Source: Bacteroidota bacterium
GTDB lineage: Bacteria > Bacteroidota > Bacteroidia > Bacteroidales > FEN-979
Reading direction: 5' to 3'
Assembly (NCBI GenBank): GCA_026391805.1
Contig: JAPLDJ010000012.1
Coordinates: 9,268-73,267 of the forward strand
DNA: 64,000 bases
This document shows, piece by piece, positions 45,028 through 55,386 of the stretch. The notes under the pieces are model-generated. The model was not told the DNA's origin and made no database searches. It was given only the letters and a program-made list of their open reading frames with translations. A program made the position numbers and the translations under genes. Position 1 is the first letter of the stretch. Every line of letters begins with the position of its first letter.

Positions 45028-45166
45028 CCCCGGACTTCAGTCCGGGGATTAAGAAAGCAAGATTATTCCGGGGCTTCAGCCCAAAATAAAAAGGTTGTCG
45101 ATCTTAAGGTTTTGGGCTAAATCCCGATAAAGCCTGTTTCCTTTGGCCCCGTGCTAAAGCACGGGG
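45028..45166. repeat. Cluster of GC-stem tetraloop hairpins
   Basis: CCCCGGAC-TTCA-GTCCGGGG (45028-45047), GGGC-TTCA-GCCC (about 45071-45082), CCCCGTGC-TAAA-GCACGGGG (45147-45166). Confidence 0.85.
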
Positions 45167-45278
45167 TAATTCATATAACCTTTTTCAACCCGACTACCTG
45201 CAAAACAACTCAAAACCCAGTCTAACCTGGCCAACCTCCAGCCTTTATGAGCTTTAAATACTTTACAAACTTTATAAA

Positions 45279-48200
45279 CTATTTCTCCAGATCGATGAAG
45301 AACCTCGCCGCAATCCCGGCCCAGATGTATGTCCTGTTCCATCCTGCCTTGCGGTCATCCGGGCTGTAGAATTCCCAGAAAACATGATCCTGCTTCAGGT
45401 GCCAGATCATATTGTCAAGGACTTTCTTTGCAAGCTCTTCTGCTTCCTTTTTGTATCCGCGATCCAGAAGCCCTCTGAAAACCAGGTAATCCCACTGAAC
45501 CCAGACCGGTCCGTTCCAGTACCCGATCGGATCATAATATCCATCTTTGGCACTGAGCGTCGGGATACCATAAGGCCGCCAGAATTCATCCGGATTCTTC
45601 ATCGTCTCCATCAGCGTTTTCGTCTTTTCAAACCCAGGAACACCTGCCCAGAGCGGCAGGAACCCTATGATCTCCCTGATCTTAAGATCATCTTTCTTTT
45701 TATATGTGAAAGTCTGGTCATTCCTGTTCACATTGTAATAAAACCCGGAAACCGGATCCCACATATGCTGGTTGATGAGCAGTGCCCGCTTGCCGGCATC
45801 TTCATCCCATTTTATTGCTTCATCTTTCAGGCCGAGAAGCTTCGCCATTTGAGCAAGCGACCGTGCTTCCATCACCAGCATGGAATTCAGGTCGGGACCT
45901 TCGAAATTTGACGGCCAGCCAACATTATCCCACACGGCCACCCTTGCATCCCTTACCGATTCGAGGGAAGCCTCGCCGCCCCATTCGCAGAGGCCGTTGC
46001 TGTTCGAATCCCTGTTTGCGACATAGAACCGGTAAAACTTTTCTCCCGACCGGTAGGCTTCTTCAAGAAAATGAAGTTCTTTCGTCACCTTATAAATCTC
46101 AAGATTTTCATAGCTGAACCAGGGCGCGGAAGTGGTCAGTTTTCCTTTGTATTCAATGGTTTCATCAAGATATGGACCTGTGCGGTAGTTGATGTATCCA
46201 TCGGGATGCTGGCGGTCGAAATAGACCCGCTGGGAATTCATGGCGCCTTCCGGGTCCATGTATGCATAGGCAAGCATGGAGAGGCTTTCATGAAACACCT
46301 GTCCGCCGTAACCCCATCCCCATTTCGGTTCGCGGGAAAACACGTAGTAGTTTGTCTTGCAGGCTCCTTCCGGCGGCATCATGCATTGACGGAGCAGAGA
46401 AAAACAACTATAATACAACATCCTATAATCATCCATAGAGGCGCAAGAATCAAAGGATTTCAACTGCGGGATTTTTTCATACGCCTTTTCATTTTCAAGG
46501 ATGAGCTGCTTTGGATCAATGCTGAAGACCGGTTGGATCTTCCGGCCAATCTTGGGAATGCGCTTTTTAGCAACCTCAACACCCATAACCATTCGGAAAT
46601 GAACCTCATCCCCCGGATAGATGCGGAGATTCCGTGAAAAGATCAATCCTTTGACCGCTGCTCTCTTTTTATTGATAAGGAACTGCTCCTTTATTTCTCT
46701 GAAAGGATCAATATTTCCTTTCACCTGGCTTGATCTTTCCGGTACAGCAAAGGTCATTACACTGTCGAAACGCAGATCTCCGGCAACGACGCCCCTGAGT
46801 TTTTCTGTCAGAGGGATTGAATGTTCCTTCATCCAGCCGTCCCGCTTTTTCTCTAATGAAAATGTATACAGATCCTGCGGCGCCTGGTGAAGGATATCAT
46901 TCGCTTCATCACCCAAAGGACAATAGAGATACGGCAAAACAGCCAGTTCAGCAGGGTAGGTCCGTTCATTCCTGATCCGGATATCAGCAAAGGATTCTTC
47001 CGATGAATAAACATTAAAAACAATTTCGACCCGGACGCCCGGCAGGGGATAATAATAGTATTTTGCCAGGTCGCTGTATGAAACAGTCATTACGGGTTCC
47101 TGGTACAACTCTTTTAACCGGTAACGCAATTCTCCCTTTTCTGAAAATGCCAGGCCGAAATTCAGACCGTCCTTTGAATTGAATTCCAGCCCGTTTTCAT
47201 CGTCATTCCATGTAAATGAATAGCCCTGGTCGGTTTTATAATCCGAACGGGCCGGCGGTGCTGCATAGGTGGTGAAGAGCGCATCCGACCGCGTGGCATG
47301 CAGGTTCGAAAGAAACGGCCCGGAAGCAGTCTGATCTTTGATGAGCATACCGGAGGCCGGGCCCTGTTTCAGCCAGATGATAACAAGCTTTGTAAGGTAG
47401 CGTGATCCGCCCGGTTCAAAGTCAACGGACATGACGGCAAGATCGCCTTTCAGTGTCTTTAAAACGCCATTTTCAATTTTTTCAATATCCTGGTTATGAA
47501 TATAAACAGTAATGTCATCTGAAGTTTTTCTTTCCCCTTCAACCGTGATGAAATACTTGTCGCCGATGAGCCTTCTGGAGATGATCCTGAGGCCTGCAGG
47601 TCCGGAACCGGGTTTAGGATCTGTGACTGCAGGAAGAACATCAATCCCTTTGTCAAATTCAATATCAAGAGAACATTTTCCGGTCAGCTTCAGGATTGTA
47701 TAAAGGGAAACAGTCCCCGGATCATTGAATGAAGTGAATTGCGTTTCGTTCCCGTCTTTCAGTACCCCGTTCAGCTTTGTCCCGGCAGGAAAGGATGGCA
47801 TGAATTCCAAAGTTACCGGTAAATTCCCGTGAGGTGTAAAGGTGTAATAGTAATGACCAGAGGTCCTTTTCATTTCAAAATCGAAAGAAGCATTCCCCAT
47901 CCGGATGTTGATAACCCTTGCAGAATCCCAATCAGCAGGGAAATGAGGGGCAAATTCAATCTTGTTTTCCTGTGCCTTGACTTTTAACCCCAGCATGCCT
48001 TCAATCGCAGGCTGAAGCACCATCGTCTCCGACCAGCACTGGTGCGGGCATACGCCTGAAGGCTCATAGGTCGCACCGTTCATCACCTCTTCAACAAAGC
48101 CCTGCCCCCAGTTTTTATAAAGGTTCAGGTTGTTCATGATGTGGGAAAAACCCTGCGGGTAATTTCCGTAGGCATATTCTGCAAGCGCCGTCCATCCTGT

Positions 48201-50795
48201 GAAGAGCGGCCAGACGCTGCCATAATGATAGCCGGTGGGTTTAAAGAATGGACTGTCATCCCGGATGATCCTTGTTCCCCAGTTGGTCGAAAATGCATTG
48301 GAAGCAAGCTGATCAAGAACCGGGCGGGCCTTGTCGGCATCACCGATCCTGAAAGCGAGCGGAACGGCAGGCAAGACTGTAGCTTCAGAACGGAAGGTCA
48401 GGTCCTTGTTCATCCCATAAGAGAAATATTTTTTCTTCGGATTCCAGAATTTAGTGTTGACAATGTTCTTGACAGCAGCAGCTTCCAGAGAATAGCTCTC
48501 GGCATCCGGAAGCTTCAGGAAGGAAGCCATGTTCGCGGTTTCGTCCAACGCAGCGATCCAGCATCCCTGCAAGTATAGCGTGGCATGGGAACCATATAGT
48601 TCTCCTCCTTCAACCCAGCCATGGCCGACATTTGTGTTCTCGATCAGGTGGTCATGATCCGAATCGGTGGAAAAGCAGAAATCGACGGCTTTCTTTATGG
48701 CCGGCCAGGATGATTGCAGAAATGCAGTGTCGTTGGTGTGCCTGAAATATTTTCCTGCCAGGACAATGAAGAGGGGAGTAGCATCAGATGCATCATAATG
48801 GATTACCCCCGATGTAGTTGCCTCATGGAATATCTTTCCCGAAAGATCCTGGTACCTGATGTAGAATTCTAGTTCTTTCTTCACTTTGGTAAAATCACCG
48901 TAATCAAGCAAGGCAAACCCGCTCCATTCGCCGTCGCGGCCAAAATACCAGCCATATCCCGGACGGCCGTTCACCTTGTGCTGACCGTCCCAGCCCCTGG
49001 TTGTAGTGGAATATCCTGCCACCAGCGAACCTCCCATTCCCGGCGTGGTTACAAAAAAGCGGTCGGTGGCGAGCATGGCCCAGCGATATCCTTTATTGAA
49101 ATTCGCATCAGGTCCGGTGATCTGAAGATTATGAGCCAGAAGGTTGTCAGTATGCTGTTTTGCACGATCGAGAATCCGTTTCGGATCTCTGATCGCTGCA
49201 TCAAAATTGCTGATCGTGGTCTTCTCTCCCTGGCTGGTTGCGGCATAGACAACATCCATCCTGTCAGTCATTTGCAGCGGGTAACGGAAATATCCTGCTA
49301 TGACCTTATCTGAAAAAGGAATACCTTCTGTTTTCTTATTCTCTTTATTGATCCTGAAACCGGAAAACTGACCGGCTACCTCTTCCGCTGGCTTCCTGTT
49401 CGCACCGATCATGGCTGAAAAAGTCCCGGATGCATCCTTTACAAAAAGCGTATGATAATCCGGGTCAGACCTGTAACAGACCGAATTGGCCACGTTTTCA
49501 GAATAGGGCCACATCAGCCTGAGGTTGCTTTTCACCCTGATAACCAGCTCAGCCGGGTAAACGCCCTTGTATTCATAATGAATCACTCCTGCGGGATCCT
49601 GCGGATCATTGGCGATGATCTCTTCAAGATAGGCACGGGGAAACTTATAAGTCCGGACAAAGCAATATGGCAGAACATCAATTGACGGACGCTCATCATT
49701 CAGCCAGTAAATGGTATCCCTGTATTCAAACTTCAGTCCCACCTCATAGTCCCTGAAGGCCATGAAAGGATGGGCCCAGATCTCTACGATGCCGCCGGTT
49801 TCGCTTCCCATGGTCAGCATCCGCTCCCCGGCAACATCAAAATAATTTTCAGCAGCAAACCTTTTGGTCAATGCCAGTGGATCAGCCGGATGATCCCATG
49901 CTTTGCTTTCAGGAATGGCAGCAACTAACCGATCAATATCCTGGATCTTCAGAGGGCATTCTGTAACGGAAACGGGGGAATAGTCCCAGTAATGTTCCCT
50001 GGCGGATGATCCTTCAGAAAGAAGATAATTGAATGCATTCACGGTAAAGAGTTCAAGGTGGTTCCGGTTGAAATTGGGAACCGAAAAACAGGTATAACCG
50101 CCAACTGCAATCACCTTCCCCTTGCCAACCGTGTATTCCAGCACCAGCTTCGAAGATTCGCGGAGAAAGATGTAATCCCAGTCGATACCGATCACCTTTC
50201 CGTTCTGCGGAAGGGTATTTCCGAAATACCCGGTCATCCTGAATACAGTGTCTTTTACAGGCATCATGACATATGAACCGCCGTACATTCCGTCGAAAAC
50301 CGGGTGATCCAGGTAGGAATGAAATCCAAGTTTTCGTCCATAACCATCATCAACTGAAGGTTTCAGGCTGTCTTTCGGCAAAACAGGTTCAATTCCTAAA
50401 TCATTTATATAATGAAATGCATCCAGCGTTAGCAGCAATCGTCCGCCATTTGAAATAAATCCATTGATCGCATCCAGGACTTTGATGTCTGTTTCGCTGG
50501 ATGAAAACTGAGAAGAATCCTGCCGGTGAAACCAGACGAGACGGAATGAGTTCAGCAATTTCGGCTTCTTCCGGATCTCCCCGAACGTAATATAAACAGG
50601 ATTGAATTTCTTTTCAGTTTTCAGGAAATCAAATGCCGCCCGGGTTTCTTTATCTGCTTCAGGATAAGGATTTGCTGCAAGAAATGCGATCCGGATGGAT
50701 GTATCCACGACAGCAGGCAATGCGGTACTCTTTAGCGAGGAGATCAGCATCCAGGAAGCAACGAGAAAAAAGGTTTTCAGGTTGTAGGAGAACAT
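45279..50795 (-). CDS. 1838-aa multi-domain glycoside hydrolase fusion: N-terminal unknown domain, GDE_C-like (amylo-alpha-1,6-glucosidase-type) barrel, GH63/MGH1-like barrel
   Basis: Middle region: GWYFGRDGEWSGFALLDYGD..GKIFHEATTSG..HGWVEGG. The C-terminal ~740 aa are colinear with the neighbouring 718-aa protein. Confidence 0.7.
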   Translation of the reverse strand: MFSYNLKTFFLVASWMLISSLKSTALPAVVDTSIRIAFLAANPYPEADKETRAAFDFLKTEKKFNPVYITFGEIRKKPKLLNSFRLVWFHRQDSSQFSSSETDIKVLDAINGFISNGGRLLLTLDAFHYINDLGIEPVLPKDSLKPSVDDGYGRKLGFHSYLDHPVFDGMYGGSYVMMPVKDTVFRMTGYFGNTLPQNGKVIGIDWDYIFLRESSKLVLEYTVGKGKVIAVGGYTCFSVPNFNRNHLELFTVNAFNYLLSEGSSAREHYWDYSPVSVTECPLKIQDIDRLVAAIPESKAWDHPADPLALTKRFAAENYFDVAGERMLTMGSETGGIVEIWAHPFMAFRDYEVGLKFEYRDTIYWLNDERPSIDVLPYCFVRTYKFPRAYLEEIIANDPQDPAGVIHYEYKGVYPAELVIRVKSNLRLMWPYSENVANSVCYRSDPDYHTLFVKDASGTFSAMIGANRKPAEEVAGQFSGFRINKENKKTEGIPFSDKVIAGYFRYPLQMTDRMDVVYAATSQGEKTTISNFDAAIRDPKRILDRAKQHTDNLLAHNLQITGPDANFNKGYRWAMLATDRFFVTTPGMGGSLVAGYSTTTRGWDGQHKVNGRPGYGWYFGRDGEWSGFALLDYGDFTKVKKELEFYIRYQDLSGKIFHEATTSGVIHYDASDATPLFIVLAGKYFRHTNDTAFLQSSWPAIKKAVDFCFSTDSDHDHLIENTNVGHGWVEGGELYGSHATLYLQGCWIAALDETANMASFLKLPDAESYSLEAAAVKNIVNTKFWNPKKKYFSYGMNKDLTFRSEATVLPAVPLAFRIGDADKARPVLDQLASNAFSTNWGTRIIRDDSPFFKPTGYHYGSVWPLFTGWTALAEYAYGNYPQGFSHIMNNLNLYKNWGQGFVEEVMNGATYEPSGVCPHQCWSETMVLQPAIEGMLGLKVKAQENKIEFAPHFPADWDSARVINIRMGNASFDFEMKRTSGHYYYTFTPHGNLPVTLEFMPSFPAGTKLNGVLKDGNETQFTSFNDPGTVSLYTILKLTGKCSLDIEFDKGIDVLPAVTDPKPGSGPAGLRIISRRLIGDKYFITVEGERKTSDDITVYIHNQDIEKIENGVLKTLKGDLAVMSVDFEPGGSRYLTKLVIIWLKQGPASGMLIKDQTASGPFLSNLHATRSDALFTTYAAPPARSDYKTDQGYSFTWNDDENGLEFNSKDGLNFGLAFSEKGELRYRLKELYQEPVMTVSYSDLAKYYYYPLPGVRVEIVFNVYSSEESFADIRIRNERTYPAELAVLPYLYCPLGDEANDILHQAPQDLYTFSLEKKRDGWMKEHSIPLTEKLRGVVAGDLRFDSVMTFAVPERSSQVKGNIDPFREIKEQFLINKKRAAVKGLIFSRNLRIYPGDEVHFRMVMGVEVAKKRIPKIGRKIQPVFSIDPKQLILENEKAYEKIPQLKSFDSCASMDDYRMLYYSCFSLLRQCMMPPEGACKTNYYVFSREPKWGWGYGGQVFHESLSMLAYAYMDPEGAMNSQRVYFDRQHPDGYINYRTGPYLDETIEYKGKLTTSAPWFSYENLEIYKVTKELHFLEEAYRSGEKFYRFYVANRDSNSNGLCEWGGEASLESVRDARVAVWDNVGWPSNFEGPDLNSMLVMEARSLAQMAKLLGLKDEAIKWDEDAGKRALLINQHMWDPVSGFYYNVNRNDQTFTYKKKDDLKIREIIGFLPLWAGVPGFEKTKTLMETMKNPDEFWRPYGIPTLSAKDGYYDPIGYWNGPVWVQWDYLVFRGLLDRGYKKEAEELAKKVLDNMIWHLKQDHVFWEFYSPDDRKAGWNRTYIWAGIAARFFIDLEK

Positions 50796-51436
50796 AGTCG
50801 AGCGCTTAATTCGTTTAATGACCGGATCATGGGAAATTCACTGGTAACCAATCTTTCTTTGGAATGATGTCCGTTCGGGATAAGGATGCAGTCGATTCCA
50901 AGCTCTTTCGCCACTTCTGCATCATGAAGCGTATCACCGATAAACAGGATTTTAGTTTTATCCACCCCCAGTTCCTGCAGCAGACGGATACCGACATCGG
51001 TCTTGCCATGTGCATAGTGATCATCGAGTCCGTCGACCTTTTCAAAGAACCCGGCAACACCGAGATCAACGGTTTCCTTGCGCAATTCGTTCTGTTCACG
51101 TGCCGAAAGGATGCACTGGTGAAAACCCTTACGACCGATGCATTCCAGGATCTGCGTTGCTTCATCATGCAATTTGCATTCTCCCTGGCGTTCGTTATAA
51201 CGGATCATGAAATCCATTCCGACAACTTCAAAGGGTTCCTCTTCGAAATCAAATCCCAGTTTCTTATAGTAATCGACGACAGGAAAATCAAAGATATCGC
51301 GGTACCGCTCAAGGTTCAGCAGCGGCAGGTTTCGCAACCTCAGCATGTCGTTCATGACTTCAACGCAGAGCCAGGCGTCATCCAGCAGGGTGCCGTTCCA
51401 GTCCCATATGATGTGTGTGTATTTTGAAGGTTCCAT
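50777..51436 (-). CDS. HAD-superfamily hydrolase
   Basis: IIWDWNGTLLDD motif I (DxN variant), SAREQ motif II, GDTLHDAEV motif IV. Confidence 0.8.
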   Translation of the reverse strand: MEPSKYTHIIWDWNGTLLDDAWLCVEVMNDMLRLRNLPLLNLERYRDIFDFPVVDYYKKLGFDFEEEPFEVVGMDFMIRYNERQGECKLHDEATQILECIGRKGFHQCILSAREQNELRKETVDLGVAGFFEKVDGLDDHYAHGKTDVGIRLLQELGVDKTKILFIGDTLHDAEVAKELGIDCILIPNGHHSKERLVTSEFPMIRSLNELSARLCSPTT

Positions 51437-51450
51437 CTTCGCAATTTGAG

Positions 51451-51484
51451 TATTTTTGTGGACGTTGAAAGAACATCAAAAATA
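51451..51484. promoter_or_regulatory. Pair of inverted -7 boxes (TATTTTTG on each strand) for divergent HAD and radical-SAM genes
   Basis: Plus-strand TATTTTTG at 51451-51458; CAAAAATA at 51477-51484 is its reverse complement. Confidence 0.4.
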
Positions 51485-51504
51485 CACAAAAACCGCATTC
51501 CCCG

Positions 51505-52443
51505 ATGGATTTTACTTCCTTTCTTGACCCTCTTGAAGAACTCAGGGATTGCGCCATCTGCCCGAGAAACTGTCATTCCGACCGCTTCTCAGGAAAGGGT
51601 GGATACTGTAAAAGCGACGCTTCCTTCAACATCTCTTCCATTTGTATCCACCGGGGGGAAGAACCTGCCATCAGCGGGAGCAAAGGCATCTGCAACATCT
51701 TTTTCACCCACTGCAACCTTCAGTGCATATATTGCCAGAACTACCAGATCAGTGATAATCATATTCCGGCCGGATCAACGGAAATTGAACTTGATGAAGT
51801 TTTGCGGCAGATCACCAAAATCCTCGATACCGGGATCAACAGGGTGGGATTTGTATCCCCATCGCATTTCATTCCCCAGGTCCGGATCATTATAAACTGC
51901 CTGCGTGAAATAGGTTATTCGCCAACTTTTGTTTACAACACAAATAGCTATGACAGAGCAGAAATCATCCGTTCACTTGAAGGTTCAATTGATGTTTATC
52001 TTCCGGACATTAAATACATGGACAATGACCTGGCAAGGGATCTTTCGGATGCTCCCGGTTACCCTGAAATCGCATCGGGGGCATTGAAAGAAATGTACCG
52101 TCAAAAGGGGTCAGTGCTTCATACGGATGAAAACGGTATGGCTGTTTCCGGGATCATTATCCGTCACCTGGTTTTACCCGGACAGGTTCAGAACAGCATT
52201 GGTGTGTTGAATTTTATTGCGGGTGAACTTTCTCCGAACCTTCACATCTCACTGATGTCGCAATATTACCCGACACCTGCCGTCAGTTGTCATCCGTTCC
52301 TGAAAAGAACGGTTTCTGCATCGGAATATGCAATGGTGACGGGTGAAATGGAGCGTCTTGGACTGTCTAATGGCTGGATCCAGGAGCTTTCAAGCCATCA
52401 CCACTACCGGCCTGATTTCGAGCAAGAACATCCGTTTGAATAA
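51505..52443 (+). CDS. Radical SAM protein, PflX-like (COG1313-type)
   Basis: CNLQCIYCQN CX3CX2C; N-terminal CAICPRNC..GYC motif. Confidence 0.8.
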   Translation: MDFTSFLDPLEELRDCAICPRNCHSDRFSGKGGYCKSDASFNISSICIHRGEEPAISGSKGICNIFFTHCNLQCIYCQNYQISDNHIPAGSTEIELDEVLRQITKILDTGINRVGFVSPSHFIPQVRIIINCLREIGYSPTFVYNTNSYDRAEIIRSLEGSIDVYLPDIKYMDNDLARDLSDAPGYPEIASGALKEMYRQKGSVLHTDENGMAVSGIIIRHLVLPGQVQNSIGVLNFIAGELSPNLHISLMSQYYPTPAVSCHPFLKRTVSASEYAMVTGEMERLGLSNGWIQELSSHHHYRPDFEQEHPFE

Positions 52444-52456
52444 TTAATTCCATTCC

Positions 52457-52567
52457 TTTTTTACCACAGATTTCACAGATTACACAGATTTTTTCTCCCC
52501 CTCGCCATCAGGAGAGGGGGCCGGGGGGTGAGGTGCTTCAGACCTCAGACCTCCGACTTCAGACCTC
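52457..52567 (-). repeat. Composite module (read on minus strand): GAGGTCT-type heptamers, GC-rich hairpin module, AATCTGTG nonamers
   Basis: Same module order as downstream of galK and the SDR, oriented with the aat gene. Confidence 0.85.
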
Positions 52568-52570
52568 GTT

Positions 52571-53251
52571 TTAGTAACACCACTTCCCCTTCACAGTTGG
52601 AAACCCCATCGCTTCCTTCAGGATCTTCATATATTCAACCCTAGGAATGAGTTCCGCCCCCATGCTGACCATGTGGCTTGTTTCAACCTGCGAATCAATG
52701 AAAAGGAAGTTGAATTCTTTGGCTTTTTCGACCAGGTAAAAAAGCGCTACTTTCGAAGCGTCGGGTTGAAGATGGAACATCGATTCACCGAAGAAGGCCC
52801 TTCCCAGTGAAACCCCGTAAAGACCTCCGGCAAGTTTGCCATGATCATATGTTTCGACAGAATGCGCAAACCCTTTCCGGTGTAATTCATTATAAGCAGC
52901 CTGCATTTCAGGAGTGATCCATGTTCCTGCTTCATGTTTCCGTTCAGTTTCCGCACAATGGCTTATGACCTGCTCAAAAGCGGTGTCGAAACGTACTTTA
53001 AAATGATGATTGTTGATCTTCCTTTGCAGGCTGGCAGAAATTCTTAAACGGTCAGGAAAAAGGACAAGCCTCGGGTCCGGCGACCACCAGAGTATTGGCT
53101 CCTGGCTTGAATACCATGGAAAGATCCCCTGTGAATAGGCGGCCAGCAACCGCTCCGCACTCAGGTCGCCGCCAATGGCCAGCAGACCGTCATCTTCCGC
53201 ATAGGAAGGATCGGGAAAAAGGATCTCGTCGGGTAACTGGAAAATGGGCAT
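52571..53251 (-). CDS. aat: Leucyl/phenylalanyl-tRNA--protein transferase
   Basis: GLLAIGGDLSAERLLAAYSQGIFPWYS, ILWWSPDPR, GESMF. Confidence 0.9.
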   Translation of the reverse strand: MPIFQLPDEILFPDPSYAEDDGLLAIGGDLSAERLLAAYSQGIFPWYSSQEPILWWSPDPRLVLFPDRLRISASLQRKINNHHFKVRFDTAFEQVISHCAETERKHEAGTWITPEMQAAYNELHRKGFAHSVETYDHGKLAGGLYGVSLGRAFFGESMFHLQPDASKVALFYLVEKAKEFNFLFIDSQVETSHMVSMGAELIPRVEYMKILKEAMGFPTVKGKWCY

Positions 53252-53256
53252 GGCCT

Positions 53257-54441
53257 TCAGGATTCATTCAGGCTCCTGACCAGCAGATCACACGCCAGGC
53301 TGCATTCTTCTTCGGTAATGGTCAGCGGCGGTGCGATTCTGAAAGTTGCCGGATGGAAAAGGAACCAGTCGATGATAATGCCGTTATTCAACGCGGCTTC
53401 TGTAAGTCTTTTTCTCTTCTTTTCGTCATTGATCTCGATGCCGAGAACCAGCCCTTTCCTGTGGATCTCCTTTATGAATGGATGTCCCTGAAGAGCATCC
53501 TCCAGGATCTTTCCTTTTAAATCGGCCTGGAGAATCAGATCATTTTCTGTCAGCACTTCAAGAGCAGCCAGTGCAGCCGCACAACAAACCGGGTGCCCGC
53601 CAAAGGTGGTGATGTGGCCCAGTTCAGGATTATTGGCAAGGGTATCCATGATCTCTTTTGAGGAGATGAATGCCCCGATCGGCATACCGCCGCCCATGGC
53701 CTTTGCAAGCACAAGTATGTCGGGCCGGATGCCGTAATGTTCATATGAAAATAATTTACCGGTGCGCCCGAATCCCATCTGGACGTCATCAATGATCAGC
53801 AGTGTTTCGCTATTGCTGCAGGCGTTCCTTAACTGTTCAAGAAAACCTTCATCGGGAAGAATGATCCCGGCTTCGGCCTGGATGGTTTCTGCAACGACAC
53901 AGGCCGTTCTTCCCGTGATCTTTTCAAGCGCCTGCGGATCATTGAAAGGAATAAACGTCACGTCCGGTATCAGCGGCCGGAAGGCGTTCTTCAGAACTTC
54001 GTTTCCAAGGATGCTGAGCGCTCCCTGGGTACTGCCATGATAGCCATTTTTAAATGCAATGACTTCCGTCCGCCCGGTAAACCGCTTTGCCAGTTTCATT
54101 GCGCCTTCAATGGCCTCGCTGCCTGAATTGACAAAATATACCGAATCAAGCCCTTTGGGCAGGACCGATGAAAGTTTCTGTGCCAGTCTTACCTGCGGAG
54201 ACTGAATAAACTCTCCGTAAACATTCAGGTGGAGGTATTTTTCAAGCTGATCATGGATCGCTTTGATGACCGCCGGGTGACGATGCCCCAGGTTGTTGAC
54301 ACTGATCCCTGCAACCATGTCCAGGTAGCGCTTTCCTGCAGTATCGTACAGGTATATTCCTTCCGCGCGGTCGATCTCCAGCCCGAGTGGCTGGAAGGAG
54401 GGAAGTCCAAGGTAGCGAAAGAATAATTCCCTGTTTGTCAT
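53257..54441 (-). CDS. Class-III PLP aminotransferase (acetylornithine/ornithine-type)
   Basis: NSGSEAIEGAMKLAK, DDVQMGFGRTGKLF and AKAMGGG (PLP Lys). Confidence 0.85.
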   Translation of the reverse strand: MTNRELFFRYLGLPSFQPLGLEIDRAEGIYLYDTAGKRYLDMVAGISVNNLGHRHPAVIKAIHDQLEKYLHLNVYGEFIQSPQVRLAQKLSSVLPKGLDSVYFVNSGSEAIEGAMKLAKRFTGRTEVIAFKNGYHGSTQGALSILGNEVLKNAFRPLIPDVTFIPFNDPQALEKITGRTACVVAETIQAEAGIILPDEGFLEQLRNACSNSETLLIIDDVQMGFGRTGKLFSYEHYGIRPDILVLAKAMGGGMPIGAFISSKEIMDTLANNPELGHITTFGGHPVCCAAALAALEVLTENDLILQADLKGKILEDALQGHPFIKEIHRKGLVLGIEINDEKKRKRLTEAALNNGIIIDWFLFHPATFRIAPPLTITEEECSLACDLLVRSLNES

Positions 54442-54579
54442 AATTGTCCGATCATTTTTGCGAAGTTACAAAATCCTGCAAAACCGATTCCTCTTCTTTA
54501 TCAATGCCTGACCGATTTTCAGAGGCTAATAACAGAAACCATGGAAATAACTATTTTTACAGCATTAAAGCGATAGACA

Positions 54580-55386
54580 ATGAAGGACAAAGTCATCATC
54601 ATCACCGGGGCAACATCCGGCATCGGTAAAGCACTTGCATACGAGTGTGCCTCCCGCGGCGCGCGGCTGGTCATATCCGGACGCAACCTTGAAAAGCTGA
54701 TGGAAATTTCAGAGGACCTGACGCATAACGGGATAACGGTATTGCCTGTTAAAACCGATGTCGTATCAGAAACGGATTGCAAAGAACTGATCCGGAAGAC
54801 GGTCGAAAAGTTCGGGCAGATCGACGTTCTGATCAACAATGCCGGCATCTCCATGCGAGCGCTTTTTGAAGAAGTTGACCTTTCTGTTCTTAAAAAATTA
54901 ATGGACACCAATTTCTGGGGAACAGCGTACTGCTCGAAATATGCTTTGCCTTATCTGCTGCAGTCAAAAGGATCCCTGGTCGGCGTTTCATCCATCGCCG
55001 GCTTTAAAGGATTGCCTGGCAGGACCGGCTATTCCTCCTCCAAATTCGCCATGAATGGTCTCCTTGAAGTGATCCGGATCGAAAACATGAAAAAGGGGTT
55101 ACATGTACTGATCGCAGCACCGGGATTTACCTCCTCCAACATCCGGAACGTTGCCCTTTCAAAGGACGGAAATCAGCAGGGCGAAACACCGCTGGATGAG
55201 TCGAAACTGATGCCGTCGGAAACCGTCGCCAGAAGGATTGCTGATGCCATTGAAAAAAGAAAAAGAACCCTTATCCTCACCACCACCGGGAACATGACGG
55301 TGCTCCTGAATAAATTCTTCCCGTCATTTATGGATAAGATGGTTTACAACCACATGGCTAAGGAACCGGACTCACCGTTTAAATAA
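54580..55386 (+). CDS. SDR-family oxidoreductase
   Basis: TGATSGIG, NNAG, YSSSK. Confidence 0.88.
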   Translation: MKDKVIIITGATSGIGKALAYECASRGARLVISGRNLEKLMEISEDLTHNGITVLPVKTDVVSETDCKELIRKTVEKFGQIDVLINNAGISMRALFEEVDLSVLKKLMDTNFWGTAYCSKYALPYLLQSKGSLVGVSSIAGFKGLPGRTGYSSSKFAMNGLLEVIRIENMKKGLHVLIAAPGFTSSNIRNVALSKDGNQQGETPLDESKLMPSETVARRIADAIEKRKRTLILTTTGNMTVLLNKFFPSFMDKMVYNHMAKEPDSPFK

